The position numbers and the translations under genes were made by a program. 64,000 nt of DNA from Bacteroidota bacterium (lineage in GTDB: Bacteria; Bacteroidota; Bacteroidia; AKYH767-A; OLB10): contig JBJOND010000001.1 in NCBI GenBank assembly GCA_046052065.1, positions 19,194 to 83,193 of the forward strand. Reading direction: 5' to 3'. Positions 37,829 to 49,181 of the stretch are shown here, in pieces (within the stretch, counting starts at the first letter, position 1; every line of letters begins with the position of its first letter). Below the pieces are notes generated by a model that ran no database searches, was not told the origin of the DNA, and worked only from the letters and a program-made list of their open reading frames with translations.

Positions 37829-40800
37829 TTATTGTGATAATGAGAAACGAATTTCGATTCCAGTGTTAATATTTGATGTTGGATATGAGGTAGAGATAAC
37901 AGGAGTATTGATTGTTTGCTCGTAGAAGAATCGCATATTCAACTTATCACTTACAGCATAATCTGCTGCTGCTTTAATAGAATACACATTCAATCCAGCT
38001 GTTGGCGTATTAACTCCCTCTAACAATCTTCTAATGATAGTCGAATTTCTCCTTGCACTAAAATCGGCAGTTAAGTTTAGTCCGCTACCATTAGCATTCT
38101 TAGCTATATTAAATGGCAATTTAAACTTTGTTAAACGATAGCCGAACCCTATTGTAATTTCATTACCTTTCACTTCAGTGACCTGAACACCTGCATACGT
38201 CAATGATACATTTCTGTCACGCTTGAATTCAGCACGTGTTTGGATATTATTCTTCCAGGTAACATCAACTCCGATTAACGGAGCGAACTGTTCAACTAAC
38301 GAAACTTGTCCGAATTCACGAGCAGGAATAAAGTTACCGCTGACATCCTTTACAGTTGGATATTTCCCATCGATATAATTCAGGTTTCTATTAAAGCTGT
38401 TAACATTAAATGTTGAACGATAACTATGTGTTAAGCTGACATTATTAAACACTTTCTTAAACAAAGGTAACTTACTCAAGCCATCATAAGTAACCCGCCA
38501 GTTAGGCAATGGAATCTTTGAGAAAGGCGTAAGCTTAACATCGTTTGGCGATTTGCCAGTATAGGCCGAAATAAAGGCCAGCGTTAACACATCTTGCTGT
38601 GTACCACTATAACCATCATTGTAAATAATTCCAAAGGTGTCTGGTGCAGCAAAGCCAACTGAGTTAATATTTAATATTGCTAAACGTTCAGAAATTATTT
38701 TACGGTTTTTTGAAAACTCTTCAAATACAGCGTTGGAATACGTTGTTGGATCATCTTTAACAAAGGCTGTATTAATTGAAATAGTAGAAATACTAAAGTT
38801 TCCTGTTTCTGTTATACTTTGTGAATCAAAACGGGATCCATTCCAACGGAAGAATTCTGAATTATTTCGAGTGAATTGTCGAGTAGCATTCAATTCAATT
38901 TTAAATCCATCAAACGGCTCAATTGAACTTCTTCCTGTAAAATTCTGATTGTAATTTCTAGCAAATGAGTTATTCAAACTTGTATCGGTAGTAATCCATT
39001 TTCCATTCACAGCCTGTGGACGAATATCTTGTTGTGAACCAAATCCAAATGCGAATCCTGGTGAATTACGATCTAAATCTTGGCCTAACAACTGAGAGTA
39101 ATTTGTATATCCCGGTAATACGGTACCGTTAGTCTCACTATAAGTAAATCCTACCGACCTAACACCCATAATCATTTTTCCAATGAAACGCACACCATCA
39201 GGAATTGCTTTGGGCTGCTTCACTTTTGGCGCTTTCATGCCTGGAATTGAATCCTTCGGATTTTTAGGAGGTTCATTTTTAATTCCCGCTTTCTTCGGAG
39301 GTTTAGGTGAATTTATTTTTTTAAGGAAAGGGACTTTATTGTAGAGCGTTGTCAATACAAAGTTTCCATTAACCTGTTTGGTATTTGAATTCTGTATAGT
39401 ATTTCCTGTTCTTGGATCTACTCCGAATGAACCCGAACTATCTTGCACAAACTGCCCCGATTGCCAACTATAGTTAAATCCGTATTTCACATTCACCGAT
39501 ACCCAGTCTGTTAGAGGGAATTTATTTAATGGTACCTGATAAGAAACATTACCCGCTTGAGTATATTGCTTATTTCTCCCTAAGAAAAAGTTCTTTCCAA
39601 AAATATTGCTCTTGATAGAATCTTTGTCTTCCTGTGTATCGATACGTCCTTCAGGCTCATCAATTATACCGTAATTATTAGCATTGAAGTCAAGCTTAAT
39701 CGATTTTGTAATGTCATATTTAAAGTCGTATATACGACGCATATCAAAATTCTTGTTGAAGAATGTATCACGAACAATATCAGAATAACCAGTGTTGTTA
39801 CGGAATAATTTTTCACCATAGATGCGTTGCGCATCCATCCTGAAATTCATAGCAGTTGGAACAAGATTAATATTTAAATCTTTAACCAACTTTAAGTATT
39901 TAGAATTCAAGAACGCTACTTTTGAAAATGGACTGATATACTTTGGAGTTGTATTGAAATTATATCCTATAGCACCTCTATGCGTTTTAATAATATCATA
40001 TTCGATATTGATATCGCGGTGTAATACTTCATCATAGCCATAAGTGAAGTTAAAGTTTTCAATATCGTACAATTTAGCTTTCGCAGTTCCACTTCTATTC
40101 TTTTTAACGTTAGTAAAATTGATTCCTTTCGTTCTTGTATAATCTTGCGAGCGCTTCTTAAATTCTTTTTTCTCCGCAGCTGTTTGATTATTCGCTACTG
40201 CATCGGCATATGGCACGTCTTGATCTAATGGATCAAATTGCGGATTATTAATTACTGTACCATAGTTTACATACATTGGAATATCAAGGTTCGCTTTTTC
40301 TGGCAAGAACTTTCCAAGATATAAAGTAGAAGTTGCGTTGAAAGAAGTTTCTGCACTTCTTCGACGTTCGCTTACCTTTTGCTCGATTGTACCAAATCCT
40401 ACCGACTTATGCGTACCCGTTAAAGCAACGTTACCAATATCGGCAAGCTTTGCGGTTACACGTCCTGTAGCCGCCCAACCACCCTTACGATCGAAATCTG
40501 TTAGACGTAATTCGTTTACCCAAACCTCCGCGCATTTCGACGTACCATCATCGCCGTTAGGGTCTGTTGGATCACGCTTAGGATTTCTAACACCCACCAT
40601 AATTGTTCGAACACTACTTAACGAAGGATTACCTTTTACTGATAATGTATTTCTTCCACCTACATCACTTTCAGAATATAAACTTGTAATATTTATTGCC
40701 CCGCTCGAATTATCTATTGCAGTATTACGAGCTAATTTTAGATTTACAAACTTTTCTAAATCAAGGTCAACATTATTTGCTAGTGGCCATATAGCATATT

Positions 40801-43800
40801 GATCCGTAGAACCCCATGGTGTTATCTTCAATGGTACTTCGTACTCATAATAATTCTCAGTAAAGTCGTTACCAAAACGAATAAAAACGGTGATGTCATC
40901 ATTCTTTAAATCATCTGCAGCACCAAAAGATTCTGCATGAATGAACATTTTTACTTTTTTATACGCACGTAAATCAAGTCCGAGATTTTTAAATGCTGCA
41001 CGGGCATCACCATCTTCTAAATCACATACTCTTAACGATAATGATTGTTCGTTCAATCGTTGTAAAGTAGTAGAACCAATATTTATTTCTTGTTGAATAT
41101 CTGGAGGTAATACATAAGGCACTGGCGTTCTGTTTCCATTCTCTTCGATACTTACTGAAGAAACATCGAATGTGCCTAAGTTAGGATCACCTGGAATTAC
41201 TTCTCCGGGAGTATACATATTGTATGCATACTTTCTCCATTCGCCACGCAAGAATTCCAATTTAGCAAAACGTAATGTCATTGGCTCACTAAAGCCTGTC
41301 ATGAATGAACGGATAAAAGTAATTGTATTGAATCCATCAATATCACCATACTTAGTAATATTAGGATTAGCACCCTGAACATCACGAATAGGAATTTTAA
41401 ATTGATACCAAGTAATATCTGTGTTTGTTGAATTAGGTAATGAAACGTTACGTGTAATTTTATCGACAATAAAGTTTCTTCCTACTTCCATATCACCAGG
41501 TCGTAATGAAACACGATATTCATAAAACTGTTCTGAACCTTCCTGGTTAAAATCTTTATTTACATCTTCTACATCTGGAATTGTTGTTGCAGAAGTTGTA
41601 TACGATTCGTTAATTTGATTATCAGTAGGTGAATTTCCGTCGGGATGACTATACTCTTTGTAACGATCTAAGATGCTCTTTTGCAAATTGTCATAATCGG
41701 TGCCTCTATAGTAATGATAGTTATCTGAAGAAGGATCGGATAGCGCTTGCTGATATGCTGTTGGAGAAACATTAATACTTAAGGTATTTAAATAGTCCTG
41801 AAAAATAATCGACTCTTGTCCGTTTCTCACACCATCTAAACCAACATCTTGATATTGTCGTGCATCGGGATTATTATCGAATGCATAAATAATCGGTGGT
41901 TGTGTTTTTGGAGTAAAACCCCATACTGTTTTGTTTGAAGTTGATGTATCACCAGTTGATGATAATCCATTTTCATATTCTAATTTACCATCCTTCAAAA
42001 TATCTTCACTGATATTTCCAAGATTAAAATATAAATCACCACCCGTTGTATTTTGACTATTGCTATTAAACGGATCCATCATCCAAAACTGAATGAACTC
42101 AATATTGGCTGCTTCGAAATCTGTCGACTCAATACGACGCATAATACCACCCCAGCGAGTTTCAGGATCTAACAATTTACCATCTGCATCAACACCTGAT
42201 GAAAAGGCTGTTGGTAAAACATCATAGTTATAAGGACCTCTTTCTTCTGGGAAAAATGACATATTCATCACAGGAAGAATTACCGTTTGACCTTGAGGTG
42301 CTTGTTTATTCGGGAAAATTTCTTTTTCAGGAATCTGACGAACTAGGTGATTAGAAATATCGTTGTTAGTAATATGGGCAGGCGTTACACCACTTTGATT
42401 TCTGTAAAATAAAGGATCAATAATATACCAGGAGAATCTACTTCTATTAAAACCATAGGCTGTAGTAACTGAATCTAATCTAGCTTCAGCAAAACGGCTT
42501 TGTGGTGTTGAGGCTAACGACCATGCACCTACGTTAGTTTTTAAATCAATGGTAGTTTGACTTCCTTCAAAATCATCAATATAAGCTGTACCATTTTTTC
42601 CGATAGCTCGATTATTTCCTGGGATCAAATCTGCAAACTCTCCACTTACAGTAATTTGTGATGGCGATTTAGTTGAGATTCCAGGTAATTTATCAATCAC
42701 CTTTGTTAGCCATCGCGATTCACGCTTCCATGTTCCGTCAACACCCCAAATGGTATTAGCAATTGGCTCATCACCAAAGTTTACTTTCTGCGTGATCGGT
42801 CTTTCATTTAAACGCATGATAGTACCACCCAACACTAAATCTTTATTGACTACATAATCGAAACGGGAACCAAAAAGAGTTTTTGACTGAATGCTGAATA
42901 AGGAATTACTTTCTAAATTAATATTAATTGCCTGACCAGAGTTTAAAATACTTTGATTAATAATCTTAACTCGACCTAAATTGTAATCGACCGTGTAGTC
43001 AACATTTTCTACCAAAGGAATTCCGCCGGCAGTAACCTTTACTGAACCTTCAGGAATATTTAATTGATTCAATGGAATATCTGAACCGAACTTACTGGAG
43101 TAACTTCCTTTCAAACTAAACTTATTCTTTTCAGGAAATTGTAAGGCAACTGTTTTTGTAGAGTCATATAACACATCGTACGCATATACATCAGCGTTAG
43201 TCTGACTAACAAACTGACTTCTCAAGTATCCCCCAAAAGGTTCACGAACCGGGAATATAATTCGTCCGCTATTGCTATAGATAGTTACTCCTTCAATAAA
43301 ATCATATTCTCCATCTGGACGAGGGTCGTTATTGACATTTAATTTATCAAGGTTGAATAAACGATTTAATGCTTTTGCATAAACATTAGGTTCGGATGGA
43401 GCGACAGGAATATAATTTAAACGATTTCCGATTGTATCTACATAAAACAAAACATTTAACTTGAAATCTTTCTTATCAATTTGAAATCCTCCTAAAGCAT
43501 AAACGTTCTTCATCATTAAGTCCCACAGAGGAAGCTTCGTATTTGTAATACGACCTTTTAATAACTTCAACATTAAAACCTTTGGAGGTTCTATACCTGC
43601 AGTTGTTAATTCACCAACACGAAAGACCTGACCACCAACAGCATATTCATATGCTACTGCTAAAACTTCATTTGTATTTAGCGCCTGATTAAGTGAAATG
43701 TAACCTAATCGCGGATTAAAAGTATATTCATTGGTATTTAACTTTCTTGCATTTTGTACAACCTCATAATCGCGTGATGCAGATAAATACGGGATAGAAG

Positions 43801-45061
43801 CCATCGTATTTTGCACCGAGTTAATATCACGTATAGAAGGATAATTATTTAGTACGTCTTGATAAAGCGTGTTCGAAAGTGTATCTGATGGATAAAAATT
43901 CCCTGAACCTGGAATAGCTGGGTTGTATGGAGCGCTCTCTGCCAAATCAGTAAAGCCTACAACTGTTCTTGTATTATCAGTAGAGTTGTTCTTATTGGTT
44001 ACCCATACTTCTAAGCGTGTAATGTTAACAGTAGAATTAATAAAAGGAAGATCCTTTAAGGCATTATCATAATTATCTTTAAAATAGTTTGCTAAGTAAT
44101 AATGCTTATTAGCTTCATACTGATCTGCCGAGATATCGAAGTTGGTAGTTGTTGCACCTCCTTTCACTTCGATATTAGAAGCCTTTCCTTTTTGTTGTGT
44201 TAGGATAGACGTTACCGTTAGCTTACCAAATTTCAATTGTGTTTTTAATCCGAATAAACTCTGACTACCTTGAATCAACTGCGTGTTCAAAGGAAGACTA
44301 ACATTACCAGCTTCTAACTTCTGAATAATTTCATCTTCGTAGCCTGTATATTCTAATTTAATTTGATTTTCAAAATCGAAACTTGCTTCGGTGTTATAAT
44401 TGGTAGTAATCTTTAACTTCTCTCCGATATTACCAATCACGTTCATTTGAATTCGTTCTTTGAAATCAAATGTAGTATTACGTCTTTGTCGCTCTGGTAA
44501 AGTAGGGTTATCATAACGACTAATATTCAAACCGAAGCTTAAAGCAGCAGAACCCTGCGGACGAATATCGATTGTATTACCTCCGAATATTCTATTAAAT
44601 GCTTCGCCCCCAACATAGAGTTTTGGAGCAAATCCTTTTCGTTGCGATAAACTTTCTTCGTTTGATTTCTTCTTCCAATAATCCTGAGTGCTCTTCTTGA
44701 ATTGAGATTCTTTAAACTCCTCAAAAGTCATGTAACTTGGACTTCTGAAATTTATATCTCCCATCTTTTCGAATATATCGTATTCACGATTATCAGGATT
44801 GTATTCGACAGTGGTTTTTATGTTAGAAGGATAGTTAAGGTAGAGCGGACTTAAACCAGATTGTGAACTGTAAGCGTCGGCATAGCGATCATTAAATGGG
44901 TATCGCAACATTACAGAACCACCACCTGTTGTAGGAGTATCACCTGGTAAAATGAAATAACTTTCGTGAATCTCGGCAAAAGCTGGGCTGTCTGATAAAA
45001 TCAGGGCAACAACAATCAACATCCCGAGCAAAACAGAAATATAAAACCGGATACTTTTCAA
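37829..45061 (-). CDS. sprA: T9SS outer-membrane translocon / cell-surface protein SprA
   Basis: 2410 aa with a signal peptide and an enormous beta-rich protein. The length and the ruvA-sprA-gcvH gene order are typical of Bacteroidota SprA. The start is TTG, or the ATG at codon 14. Confidence 0.85.
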   Translation of the reverse strand: MKSIRFYISVLLGMLIVVALILSDSPAFAEIHESYFILPGDTPTTGGGSVMLRYPFNDRYADAYSSQSGLSPLYLNYPSNIKTTVEYNPDNREYDIFEKMGDINFRSPSYMTFEEFKESQFKKSTQDYWKKKSNEESLSQRKGFAPKLYVGGEAFNRIFGGNTIDIRPQGSAALSFGLNISRYDNPTLPERQRRNTTFDFKERIQMNVIGNIGEKLKITTNYNTEASFDFENQIKLEYTGYEDEIIQKLEAGNVSLPLNTQLIQGSQSLFGLKTQLKFGKLTVTSILTQQKGKASNIEVKGGATTTNFDISADQYEANKHYYLANYFKDNYDNALKDLPFINSTVNITRLEVWVTNKNNSTDNTRTVVGFTDLAESAPYNPAIPGSGNFYPSDTLSNTLYQDVLNNYPSIRDINSVQNTMASIPYLSASRDYEVVQNARKLNTNEYTFNPRLGYISLNQALNTNEVLAVAYEYAVGGQVFRVGELTTAGIEPPKVLMLKLLKGRITNTKLPLWDLMMKNVYALGGFQIDKKDFKLNVLFYVDTIGNRLNYIPVAPSEPNVYAKALNRLFNLDKLNVNNDPRPDGEYDFIEGVTIYSNSGRIIFPVREPFGGYLRSQFVSQTNADVYAYDVLYDSTKTVALQFPEKNKFSLKGSYSSKFGSDIPLNQLNIPEGSVKVTAGGIPLVENVDYTVDYNLGRVKIINQSILNSGQAININLESNSLFSIQSKTLFGSRFDYVVNKDLVLGGTIMRLNERPITQKVNFGDEPIANTIWGVDGTWKRESRWLTKVIDKLPGISTKSPSQITVSGEFADLIPGNNRAIGKNGTAYIDDFEGSQTTIDLKTNVGAWSLASTPQSRFAEARLDSVTTAYGFNRSRFSWYIIDPLFYRNQSGVTPAHITNNDISNHLVRQIPEKEIFPNKQAPQGQTVILPVMNMSFFPEERGPYNYDVLPTAFSSGVDADGKLLDPETRWGGIMRRIESTDFEAANIEFIQFWMMDPFNSNSQNTTGGDLYFNLGNISEDILKDGKLEYENGLSSTGDTSTSNKTVWGFTPKTQPPIIYAFDNNPDARQYQDVGLDGVRNGQESIIFQDYLNTLSINVSPTAYQQALSDPSSDNYHYYRGTDYDNLQKSILDRYKEYSHPDGNSPTDNQINESYTTSATTIPDVEDVNKDFNQEGSEQFYEYRVSLRPGDMEVGRNFIVDKITRNVSLPNSTNTDITWYQFKIPIRDVQGANPNITKYGDIDGFNTITFIRSFMTGFSEPMTLRFAKLEFLRGEWRKYAYNMYTPGEVIPGDPNLGTFDVSSVSIEENGNRTPVPYVLPPDIQQEINIGSTTLQRLNEQSLSLRVCDLEDGDARAAFKNLGLDLRAYKKVKMFIHAESFGAADDLKNDDITVFIRFGNDFTENYYEYEVPLKITPWGSTDQYAIWPLANNVDLDLEKFVNLKLARNTAIDNSSGAINITSLYSESDVGGRNTLSVKGNPSLSSVRTIMVGVRNPKRDPTDPNGDDGTSKCAEVWVNELRLTDFDRKGGWAATGRVTAKLADIGNVALTGTHKSVGFGTIEQKVSERRRSAETSFNATSTLYLGKFLPEKANLDIPMYVNYGTVINNPQFDPLDQDVPYADAVANNQTAAEKKEFKKRSQDYTRTKGINFTNVKKNRSGTAKAKLYDIENFNFTYGYDEVLHRDINIEYDIIKTHRGAIGYNFNTTPKYISPFSKVAFLNSKYLKLVKDLNINLVPTAMNFRMDAQRIYGEKLFRNNTGYSDIVRDTFFNKNFDMRRIYDFKYDITKSIKLDFNANNYGIIDEPEGRIDTQEDKDSIKSNIFGKNFFLGRNKQYTQAGNVSYQVPLNKFPLTDWVSVNVKYGFNYSWQSGQFVQDSSGSFGVDPRTGNTIQNSNTKQVNGNFVLTTLYNKVPFLKKINSPKPPKKAGIKNEPPKNPKDSIPGMKAPKVKQPKAIPDGVRFIGKMIMGVRSVGFTYSETNGTVLPGYTNYSQLLGQDLDRNSPGFAFGFGSQQDIRPQAVNGKWITTDTSLNNSFARNYNQNFTGRSSIEPFDGFKIELNATRQFTRNNSEFFRWNGSRFDSQSITETGNFSISTISINTAFVKDDPTTYSNAVFEEFSKNRKIISERLAILNINSVGFAAPDTFGIIYNDGYSGTQQDVLTLAFISAYTGKSPNDVKLTPFSKIPLPNWRVTYDGLSKLPLFKKVFNNVSLTHSYRSTFNVNSFNRNLNYIDGKYPTVKDVSGNFIPAREFGQVSLVEQFAPLIGVDVTWKNNIQTRAEFKRDRNVSLTYAGVQVTEVKGNEITIGFGYRLTKFKLPFNIAKNANGSGLNLTADFSARRNSTIIRRLLEGVNTPTAGLNVYSIKAAADYAVSDKLNMRFFYEQTINTPVISTSYPTSNINTGIEIRFSLSQ

Positions 45062-45176
45062 AACTATTAATTCTCAGATATTAGTTGGCCTTTAGGGCTC
45101 TAAGTTAATAAATTACTGAAAATACAGATACAGAAAGCATGATTTTACTCTCTGAAACGGTATTTTTCCTGCCTCA

Positions 45177-45764
45177 TTATAGATAATTGAGTGATGCTTT
45201 TATTAAATCCTCCACTTTTGCATCATTCCCCAATTGTTTTTGCGCGGATAAAAGTGCTTTTTCAGCACTTGCTCTTGCAAATCCTAGCGTCATAAGAGCA
45301 ATCAACGCTTCTTCTCGGCTGGTATTGTGTAGGGATGATAAAATTGTTGTAGAATTAGGACTTAACTTATTAACTTTATCTTGAAGATCTATAATAATTC
45401 GTTGAGCAGATTTTGCTCCAATCCCTTTCACTTTTTGAAGCGTAGCTGCGTCGCCCTTTGAAATAACAGATCGTAACTGATCAGGCGCAAGGCTCGACTG
45501 AATAATTCTTGCTGTTGAAGCCCCTACACCACTGACATTCAATAATTCACGAAACATCAAACGCTCGTCTTCATCAGCAAATCCAAACAGTAATTGGGCA
45601 TCTTCACGAACAACCTGATGCGCAAAAAGCTTAAACTGTTTTACATCTTTTATGGCCGTATACGTGTAAAGTGATATTTGCAGAAGGTACCCAACACCAT
45701 TGCAATCAATCGTTACATGCGTTGGGGTCAGATTTTCAATCTTACCATTAAAGTAATCGTACAT
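45177..45764 (-). CDS. ruvA: Holliday junction branch migration protein RuvA
   Basis: 195 aa. N-terminal OB domain, helix-hairpin-helix pair (LLNVSGVGASTA, KVKGIGAKSA) and a C-terminal RuvB-binding domain. Confidence 0.9.
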   Translation of the reverse strand: MYDYFNGKIENLTPTHVTIDCNGVGYLLQISLYTYTAIKDVKQFKLFAHQVVREDAQLLFGFADEDERLMFRELLNVSGVGASTARIIQSSLAPDQLRSVISKGDAATLQKVKGIGAKSAQRIIIDLQDKVNKLSPNSTTILSSLHNTSREEALIALMTLGFARASAEKALLSAQKQLGNDAKVEDLIKASLNYL

Positions 45765-45798
45765 GTAAGCAAAAATAAGATTTTTTCGAGTGCAAAAA

Positions 45799-45831
45799 TG
45801 AAAAAAGGGGGCCGATTAATCAACCCCCTTT
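45799..45831 (-). terminator. rho-independent terminator after maeB
   Basis: Stem AAGGGGG/CCCCCTT with a 12-nt loop. On the minus strand it is followed by TTTTTTCATTTTT. Confidence 0.55.
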
Positions 45832-45853
45832 ATCGCTAAAACCTTTACTATTT

Positions 45854-48154
45854 TTATTCCTTTACAAATGATTTTTCCGTCGGCAAAGGTGCTTGAGGAA
45901 TTCTTGTTTGAGCATCAACAACTGCAATGGTAATCATGTTCACGATTTCGCGTACTGATGACCCCAGTTGAAGGATGTGCACGGGCTTTTTCATTCCTAA
46001 CAAAATTGGACCAATAGCTTCAGCATCTCCTACTGTCTGTAATAATTTGTAAGCAATATTTCCAGCATCAAGATTGGGAAATATGAGTGTATTTACACCT
46101 GTTTCTGCAAGGTCGCTAAATGGAAAATTGTCTTTTAGCAATTGCTGATTGAAAGCGAAATTAGCTTGCAATTCGCCATCTACTACCAATTCAGGATGCT
46201 TCGCGTGTAAAATCTCTACTGCCTTACGCATCTTAATGGCGCTATCAGTATTTGATGATCCGAAATTCGAGTACGACATCAGTCCAACTCGAGGTGCAAT
46301 ATTAAATCGACGTACAGCCGCTGCAGTTAGTAAAGTTATCTCCACAATTTCTTCAACTGTCGGATTGATATTAATTGTAGTATCAGCAAAAAACACAGGG
46401 CCATCTTTCGTAATCATAATATACATTCCTGCCATTTTTGATACTTCTGACATAGTACCAATCACCCTAAGTGCAGGCTTTATTGTCTCTGCATAATTAC
46501 GTGTCAAGCCACTAATAAGTGCATCAGCCATTCCTGTTTCTACCATCATTGCACCGAAATAATTTCGCTCTTGCATGATTTTTTTTGACTCGTACAAAGT
46601 AAATCCACGGCGCTTTCTCTTCTGATAAAACAACTCCGCAAAATTTGCTAAAATTTCAGGTTCCTCTCTAGGATTAATAACTGTAACATCCTCTAGTCGC
46701 AAATTATGCTCTTTAATTAGCGCAGCAATTTTTTCTTTATTGCCCAATAAAATTGGATGAGCAACTCCATCTTCTTTAACAATTTGTGCCGCTTTCAGAA
46801 TTTTATAGGTATCTGCCTCAGCAAATACTACACGTTGAGGATTCTGCTTTGCTTTATTGGTAATAACACGAATTAACTTATTATCAAGCCCAAGTCGCTT
46901 CTTCAATTCACTCTCGTAAGCTGTCCAATTGGTAATTGGTTTTTGTGCAACACCCGACTCTATAGCGGCCTTTGCTACAGCTGGAGAAATGGTATGAATT
47001 AAACGGGGATCGAGTGGCTTCGGAATAATATAATCACTCCCGAAACTGATATTTCGCTGATTGTAGGCTAGGTTAACTATTTCTGGAACAGGCTCCTTTG
47101 CAAGTTGTGCAATAGCATGCACTGCTGCCAATTTCATTTCTTCATTAATTTGGGTAGCACGAACATCCAATGCACCTCTGAAAATAAAAGGAAAACCAAT
47201 TACATTATTTACCTGATTAGGATAATCTGAACGACCAGTAGCCATTATTACATCTGGACGCGCAGCAATTGCGTCTTCGTATTTTATTTCCGGATCAGGA
47301 TTAGCCATTGCAAATACGATAGGCGTATCCGCCATTGATCGTAAATGTTCTCCTTTAAGGATATTTCCTTTTGATAAACCGATAAAAACATCTGCATTAT
47401 GTAAAGCATCTTCAAGAGTATGAATATCGCGCTTAGTAGCAAATTTGGTTTTATGTATATCGAGATTATCTCTATCGGCACGGATTACACCCGTGCTATC
47501 CAGCATTACAATATTTTCAATATTTGCTCCTAATGAAACAAATAAACTTGTACAAGAAATAGCAGAAGCGCCAGCACCATTTACAACGATGCGTACTTCA
47601 TTGATTTTTTTATTAGCAATTTCTAACGCATTAATTAGTGCAGCGCCTGAAATAATAGCCGTTCCGTGTTGGTCATCATGCATCACTGGAATTTTCAGCT
47701 CTGCTTTCAGACGTTTCTCTATCTCAAAACATTCCGGGGCTTTAATATCTTCGAGATTAATTCCGCCAAAAGTTGGAGCAATTGCTTTAACAGTTTTAAC
47801 AAAATCATCTACATCTGTTTGATCAATTTCGATATCAAACACATCGATATCCGCAAAAATTTTAAACAACAAACCCTTACCCTCCATAACAGGCTTTGAA
47901 GCTTCTGCACCTATATTTCCTAATCCCAGTACGGCCGTTCCGTTAGAAATAACAGCTACTAGGTTTCCTTTAGCGGTATACTTATAAACGTCTTCTGGAT
48001 TCTTTTCTATTTCTAAACAAGGAGCAGCAACTCCTGGAGAATAGGCTAATGCTAAATCGCGCTGAGTACTTGTTGGTTTACTTGGTACTACTTCAATCTT
48101 TCCTGGTCTCCCCGACTCGTGATAATCAAGAGCCTCTTGTTTTAAATCTGGCAT
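45854..48154 (-). CDS. maeB: NADP-dependent malic enzyme (malic enzyme plus PTA-like domain)
   Basis: 766 aa. N-terminal malic enzyme NAD(P)-binding region and a C-terminal phosphate acetyltransferase-like domain. The N-terminus [22 protein letters not shown] is typical. Confidence 0.9.
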   Translation of the reverse strand: MPDLKQEALDYHESGRPGKIEVVPSKPTSTQRDLALAYSPGVAAPCLEIEKNPEDVYKYTAKGNLVAVISNGTAVLGLGNIGAEASKPVMEGKGLLFKIFADIDVFDIEIDQTDVDDFVKTVKAIAPTFGGINLEDIKAPECFEIEKRLKAELKIPVMHDDQHGTAIISGAALINALEIANKKINEVRIVVNGAGASAISCTSLFVSLGANIENIVMLDSTGVIRADRDNLDIHKTKFATKRDIHTLEDALHNADVFIGLSKGNILKGEHLRSMADTPIVFAMANPDPEIKYEDAIAARPDVIMATGRSDYPNQVNNVIGFPFIFRGALDVRATQINEEMKLAAVHAIAQLAKEPVPEIVNLAYNQRNISFGSDYIIPKPLDPRLIHTISPAVAKAAIESGVAQKPITNWTAYESELKKRLGLDNKLIRVITNKAKQNPQRVVFAEADTYKILKAAQIVKEDGVAHPILLGNKEKIAALIKEHNLRLEDVTVINPREEPEILANFAELFYQKRKRRGFTLYESKKIMQERNYFGAMMVETGMADALISGLTRNYAETIKPALRVIGTMSEVSKMAGMYIMITKDGPVFFADTTININPTVEEIVEITLLTAAAVRRFNIAPRVGLMSYSNFGSSNTDSAIKMRKAVEILHAKHPELVVDGELQANFAFNQQLLKDNFPFSDLAETGVNTLIFPNLDAGNIAYKLLQTVGDAEAIGPILLGMKKPVHILQLGSSVREIVNMITIAVVDAQTRIPQAPLPTEKSFVKE

Positions 48155-48310
48155 ATCTTTCCTCTAAATTGTTTGATTTACGAAGATACAAAATACGTTT
48201 ATAGTATACACACAGACAATACTTGAAAAATAGGTAACAAATTGATTCTTGAATGTATAAAAAAAGGCCAGAATAAAATCTGACCTTTCTAAATTATTTA
48301 AGATGTATTC

Positions 48311-49021
48311 TTAACGATGAGAAACAACCAACTTATGACTGTTTCTTACTTTGTTTTCTGAAACATAAGTAGCAATATATAATCCTGATTTTAAATCAGC
48401 TGTATTAACAACCAAACTGCCATTTTTACCTGTCACATCGTATGTTCTCACTAAAGAACCCAACATATTATATATATATAACTTATCGTTGGATGAATTA
48501 GATGCAAGATTATATGTAAAAACAGTAAATTGATCAGCAGGATTTCTTAAAGGTTTTGACAAACCAAATGATTCAGTTGCATCGTTTAAACCTTGTGTAC
48601 AAAACGCAAAGTCTAATGTAAATCCTGTTGAATCTGCAGGATTATTTTGATCATAAAAACGATAATGAATTGATGCAGTTCCGCAATTACCATTAGGTGT
48701 TACTTTCGCATCAAATGTAGATTCGCGACCACCTGCAGAAATAGGAGTTGTATAGGTTGTAATGGCAGTTCCTGGAGGATTACAAAAAGCACCAAAACAA
48801 AATAGCTCGTACATCCCAGCTGGAAGGTTGTTTATCGTGCGCTCAACAACAATATCAACTGGCGTTGTACCATTGTTATCTAAACGAGCGGTAGACTCTA
48901 AAGTATTGGTATTGCTAGGATCAGAAACCACTAAATTATAATTAGACAAAACTAAATTTTGCCCGAAAGATAAAATTGTAGACCCCGTTAAAATAAAGAT
49001 TACTAGTAATGCTTTTTTCAT
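48311..49021 (-). CDS. secreted protein with T9SS type A CTD
   Basis: Signal peptide. The C-terminus is KLYIYNMLGSLV...GLYIATYVSENK. Confidence 0.55.
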   Translation of the reverse strand: MKKALLVIFILTGSTILSFGQNLVLSNYNLVVSDPSNTNTLESTARLDNNGTTPVDIVVERTINNLPAGMYELFCFGAFCNPPGTAITTYTTPISAGGRESTFDAKVTPNGNCGTASIHYRFYDQNNPADSTGFTLDFAFCTQGLNDATESFGLSKPLRNPADQFTVFTYNLASNSSNDKLYIYNMLGSLVRTYDVTGKNGSLVVNTADLKSGLYIATYVSENKVRNSHKLVVSHR

Positions 49022-49181
49022 TTTAAGTGTATTTTTAAAATTCTAATCTTGTTTTGGAAGGGTAAATTTAGGGAATATATGTTCAAAAAAGAAATATTTT
49101 ATCGAATTGGCTCATAATAAATAGGTTTTTTCTATTTTAGACACTCTTAAAAATAAATCAAACCCTTTAACTCTAATAATT

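Noticed and set aside
38637-41378. Plus-strand ORFs of 68-154 aa inside sprA
   Set aside because: Antisense to the SprA CDS. No independent support.
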